Assembly: GCA_026026165.1 (NCBI GenBank)
Contig: JAPEUD010000033.1
Location: 1-64,000 of the forward strand
Direction of reading: 5' to 3'
Origin: Sarea resinae
Taxonomy: Eukaryota
DNA length: 64,000 nucleotides
Each line of letters starts with the position of its first letter. Position 1 is the first letter of the stretch. Made by a program: the position numbers and the translations under genes. A model generated the notes under the pieces. The model ran no database searches, was not told where the DNA came from, and worked only from the letters and a program-made list of their open reading frames with translations. This document shows, piece by piece, positions 11,671 to 25,537 of the stretch.

Positions 11671-13140
11671 ATGGTTCCGAAGTCAGTGGCCAATCGGCCT
11701 CCAACGCCCCATGTTCCTGCCTGGAAAAGACTGGGCCTGAAGCTCAAGTTCGCAAAGGGCGAAGCTGCAGACGCGGTGAACAGCACAGTATCTCCGTCAC
11801 CAGCAACGCATTCTGGACATAAGAAGAGAAAGCTTGACGGCGACGAATCATCGGCGGAGTCAGAGAGTGCCGCATCACCGCTCGCCGAGAAAAGGTCAAA
11901 AAAGCGCAAACCGTCCCCCAGATCGAACGCCCAGTTGGTAGAGCGCAACGTCAAGCCAAGTAAACCAGACGATACATCAGCACGACCAGAAACGGCCACT
12001 CTCAAGAAGCGTAAATCCGTCGCCTTCACGCCGGAAACCAAAGTCGAAGATGGTGACAGCATAAAGCAATTCTTCAGTGCATGGGTCGCAGAGCAAAAAG
12101 CCGCCGATTCTTCATTCACATATCCTCCACAATCATCGCAACCGGCCCATCACTTCGCAACCGAGTCTCCGGCTTCTATAGACTCCGAGAAGCAAAAAGA
12201 TCCCAAGAAACCTAAGAAGCCCAAAGCCTCCAAGAAAGATCGTGCCAAGCAGGTCTCCACCGACAATGTCATCCCTGCTCCCACCCACCCAGCACTCATC
12301 TACCTCTCCCAATATCACACCGACCGCGCAAACTGGAAGTTCAACAAGATCCGCCAGACCTACATCCTCAAGCACCTCTTCGACACTACTTTAATACCAC
12401 CTTCCTACAATGATGCCCTGACTTCATACATCTCCGGCCTCCAAGGCTCCGGCGCACGCGCTCGTATCTCCGAAGCAGGATTAGCAGTCCGCAAATCAAC
12501 CGACGAGGAAGCCAAATCCCAGCAGCAAACGGAATCGCAAGGAGATACCGGCAAACATGGGCACTCTACCAATGAAAAAGACGTCCACCTCTACAACGAG
12601 ACCCTTGCCTCCTTCCTGACTTCCCTACACTTCCCCTCACCAGAGCCGTCTGGTTCCAACTCTTCCACATCCACCGAACCCGACTTACCCTCGAAGTTCC
12701 TCACCTTGCTCCAGAAACGCAAGAGAGCCGAGATCATTCTTCACTCTCTATCCTCATCCTCACCATCTCCCTATTTATCCACCCATCCTAAGCAAACCCA
12801 CCAGGATCCTGATCGCGGCCCTCTGAATGAGAGGCTCACCGATGACCGCCCTCTCAAACGCCGCCGCAAGCGTCGCACCACGACTGTCGACTCTGACGAC
12901 GAGACCAGCTCTAGTGGGAGCAATAGCAGTAGTAGCGATAGTAGTGACGACAGCAGCGACGACTCTGCCAGCGGAAGTGAAAGCGAAAGCGATGGCGATG
13001 GTGATTCCGAAATAGAGAAATCATCGACCAGTAGCAGCAGCAGCTCCTCTTCCGAGGACGAAGTTGAGTCGGAGGCAGAGACAGACTCGGAAACGGCATC
13101 GGCGTCGAGCACGTCAAGTCCAAGTTCAAGCTCGAGTTAA
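11671..13140 (+). CDS. WKF-domain protein (C7orf50-like), probably nucleolar
   Basis: HVPAWKRLGLKLK N-terminus; YLSQYHTDRANWKFNKIRQTYILKHLFD...YISGLQG motif; basic patches and a Ser/Asp-rich tail. Confidence 0.8.
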   Translation: MVPKSVANRPPTPHVPAWKRLGLKLKFAKGEAADAVNSTVSPSPATHSGHKKRKLDGDESSAESESAASPLAEKRSKKRKPSPRSNAQLVERNVKPSKPDDTSARPETATLKKRKSVAFTPETKVEDGDSIKQFFSAWVAEQKAADSSFTYPPQSSQPAHHFATESPASIDSEKQKDPKKPKKPKASKKDRAKQVSTDNVIPAPTHPALIYLSQYHTDRANWKFNKIRQTYILKHLFDTTLIPPSYNDALTSYISGLQGSGARARISEAGLAVRKSTDEEAKSQQQTESQGDTGKHGHSTNEKDVHLYNETLASFLTSLHFPSPEPSGSNSSTSTEPDLPSKFLTLLQKRKRAEIILHSLSSSSPSPYLSTHPKQTHQDPDRGPLNERLTDDRPLKRRRKRRTTTVDSDDETSSSGSNSSSSDSSDDSSDDSASGSESESDGDGDSEIEKSSTSSSSSSSSEDEVESEAETDSETASASSTSSPSSSSS

Positions 13141-14625
13141 GATGGTTTATCGCAGCTTCTACGCATCGCTCGTCTCACTCTGCTCATTACGTGTGTGTCC
13201 ATATCTAGAGAAACGGGTCTGGAGTCGGAATGCTCCCTCGTTTTCGATTTCTCTCCAGTTTTTCATCATTATCATTCTCAAATAATATTTTATCTGCTAT
13301 GGATAACCTTCAAGTCGATTACAAGAGACCGCGTGCCTGCATTGTCGTCGTAGAACAAAGATGCTACAACCATGTAGGTCGAGGTGCAATGATATGTCAT
13401 CTTTCAGGCTGTTCTCATATCTCAGCAAGAGCCCCGAGGGATCCGAAGGCCGCATGTCCCCTGTCGTGCTTCTGGAGCGACAACAAATCGACCGACATTG
13501 GCGAGGGAACACGATATATCGTTTTTCTTCCGTCTTCGTACTTCCCTTTCCAGACCTTCGTCCTCTCGACTTCTGCATTGCGACTGAAACCTCCGAAAGA
13601 AAGTGACATTTCCTCCTCGTATTTCCACCTTGCGACTTCTCAAATTAAGGCTATGCCGGCAGAATCGATGGTGTTTCATTTCCTCCATCCGTGCCCCCGT
13701 CGTTTCGACTCGCTTGGCGGTGGCTGCACTGCAGTCCCGCCGTCCCGCAGACATCCCTACTAATACATTACCCTACTACTCCGAGTACCTTGCCCCGTAC
13801 TGCATAGCATGTACACGAGTGATCCAGATTCTTCTGGTCTCATTCTCTCATCCATGGATGGTCCCGTCGTCTCAGGGTCTCGCCGGATCTCGACTGCCAT
13901 GACCATTCGAAGTCCAGGATGTCTCCATGGGCCATGAGTACTCTATGAGTACTCATAGTGATACTCTAGTATGTAGATTCCCCGATTCCTTGACCGTGCT
14001 CTGCCAGGTAGGTGCTGCATATGAGATTTCCCACCAATTGAGCCCTGGGCTTGCCTGTCGGCCTGCCCTCCGAGTACGCATAACGCACTCCACCACCGAC
14101 ACGACATGCACGTGGTGAGCGAGCTCTGCAGTCTGTATTCGTATTTGCTTCGAGCCGCCGACGATAAGCCGCCGCCAGGCCAATCCTCAATCTTCAATTC
14201 TAATCTAGAAGGCTTGCTCGGAGCATACGTTGAGGCGTGGCAGAACGGTTAAACAAACTCACAAGCTGTTTCTTTCTTTTGGCTCGGAGGAGCTTGGGGC
14301 AATTGGCGTTTCATATCCATCTCTCTCCTTCACGGCCGAACGGCCTTCTTCTGGAACCCAACGCCGGACAGACAGCATGAGTTTGTCACGTTGAGTCTTT
14401 TCCTTGACTCGTCCATACTAGCATCATATCGAATATAAAGCCAGCTCGTCTTCACCATGTTTGAACAGATCATTCTCTCTTCAGCCAACTTGCTTGCTTC
14501 ATTGACTGACCAGTCTACGTTCTTTACTTCTATCGTTGTTCTTTCGATTCACAATCGCCATCAGCAGCCCTATCTAAGCCAGTTCGGTTTTTCCCATCTT
14601 CATCCTTCTGGAAAGGAAATCAATC

Positions 14626-15954
14626 ATGCTCTTCTCGGTCACACTCGCCCTCAGCGCAGGCGCTGCCCTCATCAATGCTCTCCCTGCCCCCAACACGCCT
14701 CCCACCCGGCTCACCAAGAGGTCAAGCTGCACCTTCACCGACGCAGCCAGCGCCACGGCATCCAAGACTGCCTGCTCCGACATCGTCTTGAGCGGTATTG
14801 CCGTCCCCGCCGGCACCACCCTCGACATGACAGACTTGAACTCGGGGACCACTGTACGTGTTGCATTGCCCTGAACCTACCAGACAGCCAAGAACAATTG
14901 AAATACGTGACGCATTACTGACTCCACGGCCGCTGCCGACCAAAGGTAACGTTCGAAGGCACGACAACCTTTGGTTACAAAGAGTGGGACGGTCCGCTGA
15001 TCTCCTTCTCCGGCACCGATATCACCATCAACGGGGCATCGGGTAACCTGCTCAACGGCGAGGGAAGTAAATGGTGGGACGGCGAAGGCAGCAATGGCGG
15101 CAAGACCAAGCCGAAATTCTTCTACGCGCACGATCTCAAATCGTCCAGCATCTCGAACCTGAACATCGAGAATACGCCCGTGCAGTGCTTCAGCATCAAC
15201 GGCGCGACGGACCTCACGCTGAGTGGGATCTCGATCGACAACTCCGCGGGTGACGACGCTGGTGCGCATAATACGGATGCGTTCGATGTGGGCAGTAGCG
15301 ATGGTGTTTACATTACGGGTGCAACTGTCAAGAACCAGGACGACTGCCTGGCAATCAATTCTGGCAATGTGAGTTCTCATAGCTCTTTTTTGTTCTGCAT
15401 CGTTTCTCTCTTCCTGCTGCTCTGTCCAATTCCCCTCGATCGTCACCTCCATACTCTCACCTTCAAATTCTCAACTGACTAAAATCTCCTAACAGAACAT
15501 CACTTTCACCGGCGGAAGCTGCTCTGGCTCCCACGGCCTCTCCATCGGCTCTATCGGCGGACGCAGCGATAACACCGCCTCGGACATCACCATCTCCTCG
15601 TCGAGCATCACCAACGCCGCCAACGGGCTGCGCATCAAGACCATCTCGGGCGCCACGGGCACAGTATCCAACGTCAAGTTCGAGGACATCACCATGTCAG
15701 ACATCTCGACATACGGGATTGTGATCGAGCAAGACTACGAGAACGGCGGGCCAACCGGGACGCCAACCAATGGCGTGAAGATCGAGGGCCTGACCGTCAG
15801 TGGTGTGACCGGCAGCGTCGACAGCGATGCTACTGAAGTCTACATTCTCTGTGGCGATGGCAGCTGCACCGACTGGACCTGGAGCGGCGTCGACATCACT
15901 GGAGGCAAGAAGAGTTCCTCGTGCGAGAACATTCCTTCTGGTGCGAGTTGCTAG
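14626..15954 (+). CDS. Secreted endopolygalacturonase (GH28); exons 14626-14853, 14946-15368, 15496-15954
   Basis: Signal peptide and KR propeptide; catalytic motifs [25 protein letters not shown] near 14434. Confidence 0.95.
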
Positions 15955-16456
15955 GCGTTGAAATGCTCATGTGGGCAGCTGGCCCTTCGCAGACGGTATA
16001 GGGGGGATGGGCCAGCGAGGACGGGATTGGATACTTTTTAAAAGGGGGGAGGATTCATATGTCCGTGGAATCATACTCACCTCTCAATCTGTCAGCTCAT
16101 AAGCATGTCAAGAGAGAGCGAGAGAGGCAAGAAGAGCAGGAAAACAGAACTCACCCAAGCCACTCGCTCGCTTCCACTCTCTCACTCTCTATTCTCGATC
16201 GGACTACTTTCTTTCTCACTCCGAAAAGCTTTTTACATGTATATTATTTCGCAAAAAAACCTTCTGATGTCATTGATTGACGTTGAAAAGAAAATCGAGG
16301 TTCAGGGGAGAAAAGCAGCATGGCAATAGGAATGAGCCATGTGATCGAGAAATGGTATCAATATTCGCGCCGACCCGACGACTATCGCCACCTAATGACC
16401 TAGCATAAACTAAACTGACCTGGCCTAACCTCACATGACAACACCAAACCAGACAA

Positions 16457-19400
16457 TCAAGCCGCCTCCTTGCTTCTATCTCTCTTCTCCCTTTCTCTCT
16501 CCCTCCCAGCTTCCTTCCCTTTATCCCTATCCCTATCCCTATCCCTATCCGTGCCTTTATCCCCCCTTCGCTTCCGTCGCACGGGCTGATACACATCGTT
16601 GAAGTTCATGACTACGCCAAGGAAGCGCATGTCGACATCCGGCTGATAGGCCAGGTCACCGAGCAGGACATTGAGCTTCGCTTTGAAGTCGGCCGACAGA
16701 TTGCGCAGCCGAGAGCGGAGGGAAGGCAGTGTGGGATCGTCGCCGCCACTACCGCCGCCGCCGCCTGCTCCTCCTTTACCATCTCCACCTCCGTTTTTGC
16801 TATTGGAGGCGTTGGAGATGGGAAATGGAGAGTCGGTATCCAGCAAGCGCTGGTGGGTGGACTTGTGCACGTTGGACGATGAAGTACCGGGTCGGCTTTC
16901 AGCGGAGTCGTTACCGTCGTCGGCGGCATCGGCGTCCGTAAGACCCCATTGGCCGCGCGCCGTGCGTGTCTCGATCTTGGCGCTCAGTTCCTGGGAGCGG
17001 GAAAATTCGGCGACGGAGAAAGAGTAAAGGCCGTCGACGGCATCGCGATACGCGAGCATTGTTTTGAGAATCTCATGGAGTTGCGGCATGAAGCCTTCTG
17101 TGGCGCTAGCACCACTGTTGCTGGTGGTATTGTGATGGCTGCTTCGGCCCGACTTCGCGGAGCCTAGAAGCCCCTTGTGTGTGATGGCGTCTAGGTATTT
17201 AGCGTGCGCGTCGATGAGGTCGTCGAGGGTGCATTCTGCCTTCGAGACGGCAACTTGGAGTGCATCCCAGCTGGACTCGATGACTTCGAAGAGGATATAG
17301 TATTGCAGCTGGCAGACAAAATGGATCATCTCCGCGATACAACACCTGGCTCCCTTCCAGTCTGGGCCAAGCTTGTCTTCTACAGACGCCAAGACGCCGC
17401 GCGCGCCCGTCATGCACCGGCGCCAAGTGCTACCCAGGGCGAACTCGACACGCTTGATGCGCCAGAGAAAATTGAAGACCTTCAGGTATTGGCGGTAGCC
17501 AAAGGGTGTGACGATGACGTCGACCGGGGCGTCGATTTTGTATTCGAGTGTGAACAGGTCCCAACCGATATCACCTACCGAGAGCTCCATCATGCGGGCG
17601 TCCAGACGGCGTAGGATGTCCTCGGAGTCATATTGGGCGTTGGATCCACGGATGGCGTGTTCGAGCTGGGCGGTCAGGGTGTGGCGGTATTGATTGCGGC
17701 CGGGGCGGTCGAGGGTGGACGAGAGAGATTCCATGAGGAGAGCGATGAAGTCGCCTTGGCCTAGGAGCATGTATTTCTTCAATGCGCGGAGGTGCTCGAA
17801 GAGCTTGAATTTGTGGTCCATGAGGTGTATGAGGCGGGCCATCGTCGTTTTGTAGGCCTCGTCGATAGAAGTTTCAAGAGTCGCTGTGTCGCCGTATCGA
17901 AGCTCTCTTGACGTATCTTTTGAATAACTCTCGACCCACGCAGAATCTCCACAACCATATCGAATAAAATTCAGACTCTTTCCGATCAAAAAGACTTTTT
18001 TGGCAAAATCGGAAGTAATTATACTCGGTATCATACCATCGTCAAGCTTATACTTGTCTTCCCAAACGCTAGTTGCCCCGGCCTTTCGAGGGTCACCGTG
18101 CATATCAGCACCCATTCCCGGATCTTGTTCTAGAACGAAAAATTCCAAAAAGGGATCTGATAATTCTCCGTCGTATATCCATTGTCGCAGCATATCATAG
18201 AATGGTCGTGTCACATGAGCCAACAATCTCTCGGCAAAAGCACCAACAAAAGGATCTCCGTGCGATGAGGAGAATCCATGAATTAAGGAGATCAGTTGTC
18301 CACCCTTTTTGCCTGTGATCAGGTTAGTCTCATGGTTGATAGCCAAGCAGGCAGGGAGCATTCGATACGCACTTTTCGATTCTTCAACCATCAAACTCAT
18401 CAGACGTAACCCCAGAGTAGCTTCTCTTGTCCAGATGACACATCTCTTCAGTGTAACGCCAGTCTTACCAATACTTCGATAATCATTCTCGTCGATCGTT
18501 GCTAGAGCACGACGTATTTCAGTCTCTAGCGTCGCAACGAGAGCAAGATATGCCCGCAATTCCCCACCCACCGCCGCACGAAGACTCTGGCCAATCAAGC
18601 CGCCTTCGGACGTCTGCACAAATTCCGAGAGCTCGCGATACAATAAAGAAGGTTCCGCAAGAGTATGAAGCAAGGAAATGAGAGGAGGAGGAAGAGTAGG
18701 GGGTAATGTGAGAGAAGAAGCCGAAGCAAATGGTAGGTTGGTCGAGGACAAGCCTTGAAGCGTAAAGGGTAAATCCCGAAGAAGTGCAGTCTCGGGAGGA
18801 TTTATTACGACCCCTTTCTCCTCCAGAAGCTCGGTCTTAATTGCAGCAGGTGTCGCTCTCTCCGTTTCGGGAGGACGAGTCTTTTCTGGTTGAGCTTCAT
18901 CCTTTTCCTTCTCTCTTCGTTTCCCTTTGAGCGTAGGCAATCTCGGTAATCCGGCGCTGGAAAAGGCATCATCAAAGGCGGTCCCCGTTCCCCTGGCTTG
19001 TCTTGGCTCTAGACTTCGTGATCGATCCGTCCTGCTTCCTGCTAATGACCCCTCCCTCGACCCGTAGGTGTTGGGCGAGTAGAATCTCTGATGATCGGCT
19101 GGAGGTAGCCCCGATAGATTGTACAGATCATTCGTATCTGACAATTGATAAAGAAGGTAGAGAATGGCCCATTTTTGCGAAAGGACCGGCTGAGTGAGTA
19201 GGCGGGAGTAGAGATTTGAGAATCGGAGAGCTTTATCAGGAGCAGGGTTGTCGCGTATTACTTGATCTTGTCAGTATCGACTGTTGAGTATGCTTTGGTG
19301 GAAATGCGTCTGCGCCTACGCTTTTTCTTGATGAGATCAGCAGCATGATTGACATCTGATACTACGCCGGAAGCACTGTCTCTATACATTTGCGTCATTT

Positions 19401-19579
19401 AACCTTCTTTGGAAAGAGAGAAAGGCTCTGTACCTCTCTAGAATATTTCTCGCGAGATCGAGCGCATTATCATGCCTCTCGTCGGCGATTGCTTCGTCTT
19501 CGCCGGGATAGGAGGGAATAGTGGCGTCTACAAGAGACGACAGTGCGTCATCTATGCGCCGGGCCTTATCATCAGACAT
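16457..19579 (-). CDS. SPC98: Gamma-tubulin complex component GCP3 (Spc98/Alp6), multi-exon
   Basis: LLRDLPFTLQG, WIYDGELSDP, ALKKYMLLGQGDF, YLKVFNFLWRIKRVEF, QYYILFEVIESSW GRIP motifs; start MSDDKARRIDDAL. Confidence 0.92.
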
Positions 19580-20271
19580 TTGCTCTTCGATCGCTCATGT
19601 CATGCTTGATGTTGACGCGCTCGAAAGTGTCTCGAGGGGAGACGTGTTGGTGTTTGGGCTAGTGCGGAAGTTGCCGAAGAAACAAAGTCAGGGTGGTAGA
19701 AACATCGTCACCAACAGTCTCGGTCATTGAGACGGGTAAGAGACTATGGCGTCTAAGAGAAAGCCCCAGTCATCTACGTACCTAGACACCATGATTCGTA
19801 GATTGTAAGGTATGCAGCTATGATGTTACATCCAAAATTGATGGTAGTCTTTATCTTGAAAAAGCAGGCACGCTAACTAGCTATCTTCATCGAGATGACC
19901 AGACCGCCCTTGAGCAAACGCCCTGAACGCCACAATATGTGTACAATCCAATATCTACAGTAACCAGAAGTTCACCAACAAAGCCAGAGAAGTGTAAGAG
20001 CAATCCCAGACAATCTAGGCAATGTACAGATATGCGCCGTACTGTACAACCCTAGTTGTGGAATTCCAAGACTCCGGCGAGATGTCCCTCTAAGTACCCC
20101 GGGTGAAAGTGGGTTGGAGTTAGCCACAACGACTGCGGTTGTGACAAAACAACAATAGCAAAATTTTCCTGATCATGAATCGTCATCGTATGCCGTTAGC
20201 CGCCTATCAGCTGTCTCTGTCTTAGCTGAAGTTTGACCTTGCTTTTCCGGAAAGCCGCACTGACAAGTTCG

Positions 20272-22065
20272 CTATCTTCTCGGCATACCCTGGCCTGCCA
20301 TGACTTGGCCATTGGCCATCGCCATACCATATGGATTCGCATGAGGATTGAAATCGCCAGCGATACTGCCCATGGCCATACCGCCAAGACCCTGGGCCTG
20401 CGAGACTGGACAATCCTTGTGCGCCAGCAGAAGGGTTTTTAGATTGACAATCTCCTCCCTCAACTGAGTGACTTGAGCGCTCAGGGCATCATTTTCACTA
20501 CTGAAAATCTCTACCTTGGCTTGCAGATTTGCAAGCCATTGCTTCTTTCGCTGTCGGCACTTTAACGCGGCCACCCTGTACAGACTCATGAGTATTCCCG
20601 ACGCGAATGTAACTTTCCGTAACATACCTGTTTCTCTCCAAGAAGTTTTTCCGCTTCTCTTCGTCCGTCATCTTTCTACCAGTCTCGTTTTCATGCTTTA
20701 TGTCTTCGTCTTCAGAATCGGGACCTTCAGGTTCGACACTGGTATTTCCGTTGTTTTGTTTCTGTTTCTTATTTGCGGGTGGCTTGGAAGGGGTGTCTTC
20801 TGCTTTCCTTCTTCCATTGGCCCCTTGACTTCCCTTCGTAGCAGATCCCTTCTTTCCTTTCCGTGTGCTGGGTTTAGCTTGTTCGCTCATGCTGTCAGAA
20901 AATTCGCCACTGTTTTCGCTCAAACCAGGTGCTGAGCCGGACAAGCTTGCAGCTCCCATACTCGCGTTCCTTGTTGCTCTTTTGGCGAGATTTGGGGATG
21001 TCTCTTGGGATTGTTGCTGGCCCACCTGGGCGGGCATTTGACCCATGTTCATCGCCTGAGGCGCGTTAGGTTGATTGTTTGGAGGGAATTGTCCATTATT
21101 TCGAGGACCATTTCGAGCTTGTGCGAGGAGAAAAAGACCATTAGCAGCATCATTGGCATCATGCTGTCCGAATGGGTCCTGTTGACCCGTCTGGTTCTGC
21201 CCTTGCGCCGACTTCGCATCCATCATTGTATTCTGTCCGTTTGCCTCTTGGCCTTGCGATGTCGGTATATTTTGTTGGCCGCCGAAATTATCAGACTTAC
21301 GAGCGGCCGCATTCATAGCAGTCCGATGGAAGTCAAGCGTGCTTGGAGTAGCTCCACCACTGGCGAGCTGGTTGAATAACGCTTGCGAATTGGGACTGGG
21401 CGCCGGGAACATAGAACCACCGCCACCCGGTGTCAAGCCAGTCCGTAACGAGGATTCGTTTGGTGTTGGAAATCCGCCTCTGTAATGCGAATCACCAAAA
21501 TAATCACTTGCACCCGTGGGCCCGGTCAGCATAGCAGGACTCAAGGGTCCTGAACGTAATGAGTTCGGCCAGTTGAAGCCTCCTGCCGAAGATCCACCAG
21601 GTATCAAAGACGCTGGCGACGTGAGAGCGGCTACCGGGGGAAGAAGAGATTTTCCCGGTGTATCTGCCGAGGGATTGCTGAAGGATTGCTCGAAGGGATT
21701 GGGCTCGAGCGAGAAATGGCTGTTGTGACCGGCTCCAAAGTAATCAGGTGTATCCGAAGGGTTCTGTTGCGCAGGTCGAGGCGGTGGGGCCAGCGGTTGG
21801 GAACCTTCAGCATTGGAATTAGTGTTCGTATCCGAGTTTTCGTTCTGCTCCGTCGGCGGTTGCGCTTTGGTTTCTGGAACATGATCAGCGACGACACCTC
21901 TAGAGATCAATACAACGACGACGCGATCACACAAAGTCGTAATGGATTGATGATTCACGTACCTGAAGAGGGCGGTGAGTTGGGCTTAGCCAACTCGTGA
22001 CTTGGTTGAGCCGGCGAATCTTTTCTCGCGTTATCTTCAAGCCGGACGGCGGTCAGCGATGGCAT
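20272..22065 (-). CDS. atfA: ATF/CREB bZIP stress transcription factor AtfA/Atf1, multi-exon
   Basis: FSLEPNPFEQSF (OSA), NSLRSGPLSPAML (HRA), RTGLTPGGGGSMFP (HRR) and bZIP EEKRKNFLERNR|VAALKCRQRKKQWL; the start codon position is less certain. Confidence 0.92.
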
Positions 22066-25000
22066 TCACAACGATGATCTCCAACGTCAATGGAGCATGC
22101 ATATGATGCCATCAAGGAGCAGGTCGATATCCATGGCAGGAAACGATGACATCTTGCATGATGACGCACGATAGAGAAAGCGACTAACCTTCTGACCTCA
22201 CTAGAGTCTTCTTGCTATCGACAGGCGAAGTGGTGCTCATGTTTGGTTTGGGAGGCATGTGCGGAGAGTTCTGAGACCGTGACATAACGGCCGCCATGAC
22301 GTCTGGATGAAGCCAAGGAATCTCTCTGCGGGCGAACAGGCCCAATGAGTGCAGCACAGGATTTGGGGGTGGTAGGGGGGATACTGCGTATTGGGGTATT
22401 GGCGTAGGGTAGGGTATGTGAGAGAAGGGGGAGATAGATGATGGGGGAGAAAGTTCGCTGACGTAGGATGATGATGAAAAGTGCTGATCGGAAGCGAGCG
22501 ACCGTGAGGTAAGGTATTTCTCGAGTGACAGAGAGAGAAGTCGAGGGAGGGCGAAGAGATTGGGTCAAGTCGAGGGCTCGCGAGTACGAAGTTACGAGGC
22601 GAAGGTACTTTCGTACGCTACTGCCTCTGTCTCTGACGGTGTCTCTCTCCGCCAGTGAGGTATGTGATCCCGGAGAAGAGGTACCTTACCCGGGAGGGGA
22701 GTAGGTAGTCGGGTACGGAGTAGTGGGCCGCAGCTTCTTGGAAGATGATTGGTGCGACCGATCAATCGAGGGTAGAGTAGGTATCGAAATCACCGTTTAC
22801 GGCAATCAATTTTAGCTTCCGATTATGCCCTTTTGGGTACCTCCACTCCTTGGACCTGAGAGACGTCTCCTTGGAGTCTCCTTGGAGATCTTCTTCTTCC
22901 AGATCTCTCTGTTGCTTCTCTCTTTCTGGTCTTTCTCAATTGAGATGGATGGCGCACAGTGGAGAGGAAAAGGTGGATCGAAATATTCCTGGGTAGCGTC
23001 CTGCCTTGTGGTGCGTTTCGCTATCAGAAGAATATTGGGGCGATTGGGGCGATTAAGGCGATGGAGACGATCAAAATGGGAGCCACTTTGCCCGGTTGGG
23101 ATAGAGGCTCGGGGTGGCGATATCTGCGAAAGTCGAAGAGCCAATCCCCTTCTTTGTTCGCCCAACCCAGCGGAACGGAGTGTACGAGTAATGCACTCCA
23201 CGGCTCTTAGTACCGTATGTAAGGTAGTTAGCCTGGAGATACCTTCCTCTGACCCTCCTTCACCATCGACTGAAACCTTCGAGACAGCCAATCAACACTC
23301 TCTGCCGGTAAGAGTCGTGCTTCTTTCGGTGCCGTGATGTTCAATTCGACCTCGAGGTCGTTCTCTCGAGTATCGTTTGAAAACCGCGCGTTGCTGGGTT
23401 CTACGCGCAGTATGTCGCAGCGCTGTGATGGGCAAAGAATTCGTCGCGCTATTGTCGAGTAACAGCTGGAGGTATTGCGCACTGGTGACGTACTTTGGCG
23501 CGTGCGAAGAAGGGAGAGAAGAAGCGCAGATGCGTCAATGGGGTACTTCGACAGCTAAGGTACTCGGTCGACTCTTCTTTTTCTCCACCTGCACCTGACG
23601 TTGCTTGCTCGTCGAAGACTGCGACAAGCGATAAGCGCACAACGAGACGGTCTGATTCTGTAGATCGATAAGGGCTGAGGTATGGAAGGCGGTGCATTCA
23701 ATAGATTGATTATTGTGCTAGGGCTGGTGCACCACGCCCATGTGTCTGCGGCTCCCGTCTGTCTGCGTCTGGTCGGTCGGAATCGAGAAAAGAATTCAGG
23801 AAACGGCGACGTTTATGACGTGTTCGGCGTACATTTCAATAAGAGCTCGTTCTAGTGTCCCGTATAAATGACGTGACAATTCTGTTTGATCATGTGACTG
23901 GGTAAGATGTACTCCGGAGTAACCACAGCACTACGGAGTACCTACTTCAGTACTGCGTACATGGGTACCAAAGGTACTTTGCTTCGATAAGATAATGCCC
24001 CCCTTTTTCGTTGACAGCTGGCATGCATGTCGATCAATTATTAATCTGTCAATTTCCGCTGCGTCCATGAGTACGGAGTAGATGTTGAATCGATTTGACG
24101 TGGAATGTATCTAATGCAGTATCCTAAACATGCCAGCATCAGCAGTCCGATAGCGCCAAGATTGAACTTAGCAATGATGGGACGGGAGAAAAGATCTGTC
24201 TCGATCTCCTTAGACTTCCTACAAAGGCTTCAAGGATCTTTGAGATTTATGGCATATTCCCAGTCGATCAGAAGTCTTCTCTTGAAGATTACAGCTCCTT
24301 GGTCAGAAGTCGAACAGGTTACGGCTTTCACTTTTGATGCTGCTCTAAAGATTTGCCTTTCTCTTGAGTCTCCGCTTCTGTTCGAGGTCTTTGATCGATG
24401 ATTCTCTTCTGGTTTGGGCGTTCATCAATTGAACCCGATTGACATGACTGATTCTGTCGTGGATAAAAGTGCCTCGCAAGCCGCCTTGGCTCTTTTCTCA
24501 AGCTTCGAACGCCTTTCATTTCTCTTCAAGTCCTTGACTGCTCTTCCTGGCTTCAGAATTCTTGCCAGTCCTTCTCAAGTCTTTTTTCGTAGCAGCTTTC
24601 CTGTCTTACTCGTCTTACTGCTTACACCGATCGTTCCGGAGGACCTCTGGTTCTCGACTTAGTCTATAGCAACTCCGACCGAGACAAGGACCCCTGCCTA
24701 GATATCAGCATGCGGCCTTGCTTTCCCATAGGAGTGTTTCGCTGAATCGCACCAAACCTCAACGCGAAGAGGTCGGTATCCTCTGTCAAGGTCCTGTATC
24801 CGGGTAGGAGTTGTTTCAGCACATGCTGCAAACGGGCGGAATGTCGGCACGACGATGCATATCTCCTGCCACACCATCAGATAACACGATCACGGCGTGC
24901 GACCGCAGGATAAGTGCTAAAGAGGCTCCCGTTCATTGCTCTCAGATAACGCGTCAGTGCTTCTTGACATATGCGTTCGCCTTGTCCACTTTCAGAGCCT

Positions 25001-25537
25001 ACCTCGGTGGCTGATTTCTCAGAGTCCTTTGCTTTTTGTGATGACCTTAGCCATTTTCCCGTTGGGATAAGGAGCAGATTAGCATCTAGCTTACCAGTGT
25101 GTTTAGGATGGTAGGAATGTGGACTTCGCCACCGGCCGACCATGAATCGAGTTCCAAGCTATCGCGAATTGTGAGGGCCAACGCCGAGGCGATAGAACTA
25201 TTGAGATATGGAAGCCGCGGACCTTTTACCTTCGAAGAGAAGCATCTCATGGCGCAGGTTGACTTGTCGGATTGACGGGTATTGTTGTTGTCTAGCAGAT
25301 GTGTGAGGTCGAAATCATATTGCGCCGGTACTGTTCTTGCCAACTCGGACCATCACCACCAAAATAGGCTTCATTCACATGCCGTCAACCCGACGATCCA
25401 AATCAACAGCGCCGCGACAGCATCATCATCAAGGCTTTTAAATCATTTAGAATCCCGCGACGCTAATGGGACTCCTTCGAGGCGATCAAAAAAAAGCGGA
25501 AAATTATCCCCTCTCCGCCAACCTAAAAAATTTATTC

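Noticed and set aside
24088..25350. Protein-coding gene from short ORFs
   Set aside because: Could not assemble a consistent spliced frame or recognise a domain.
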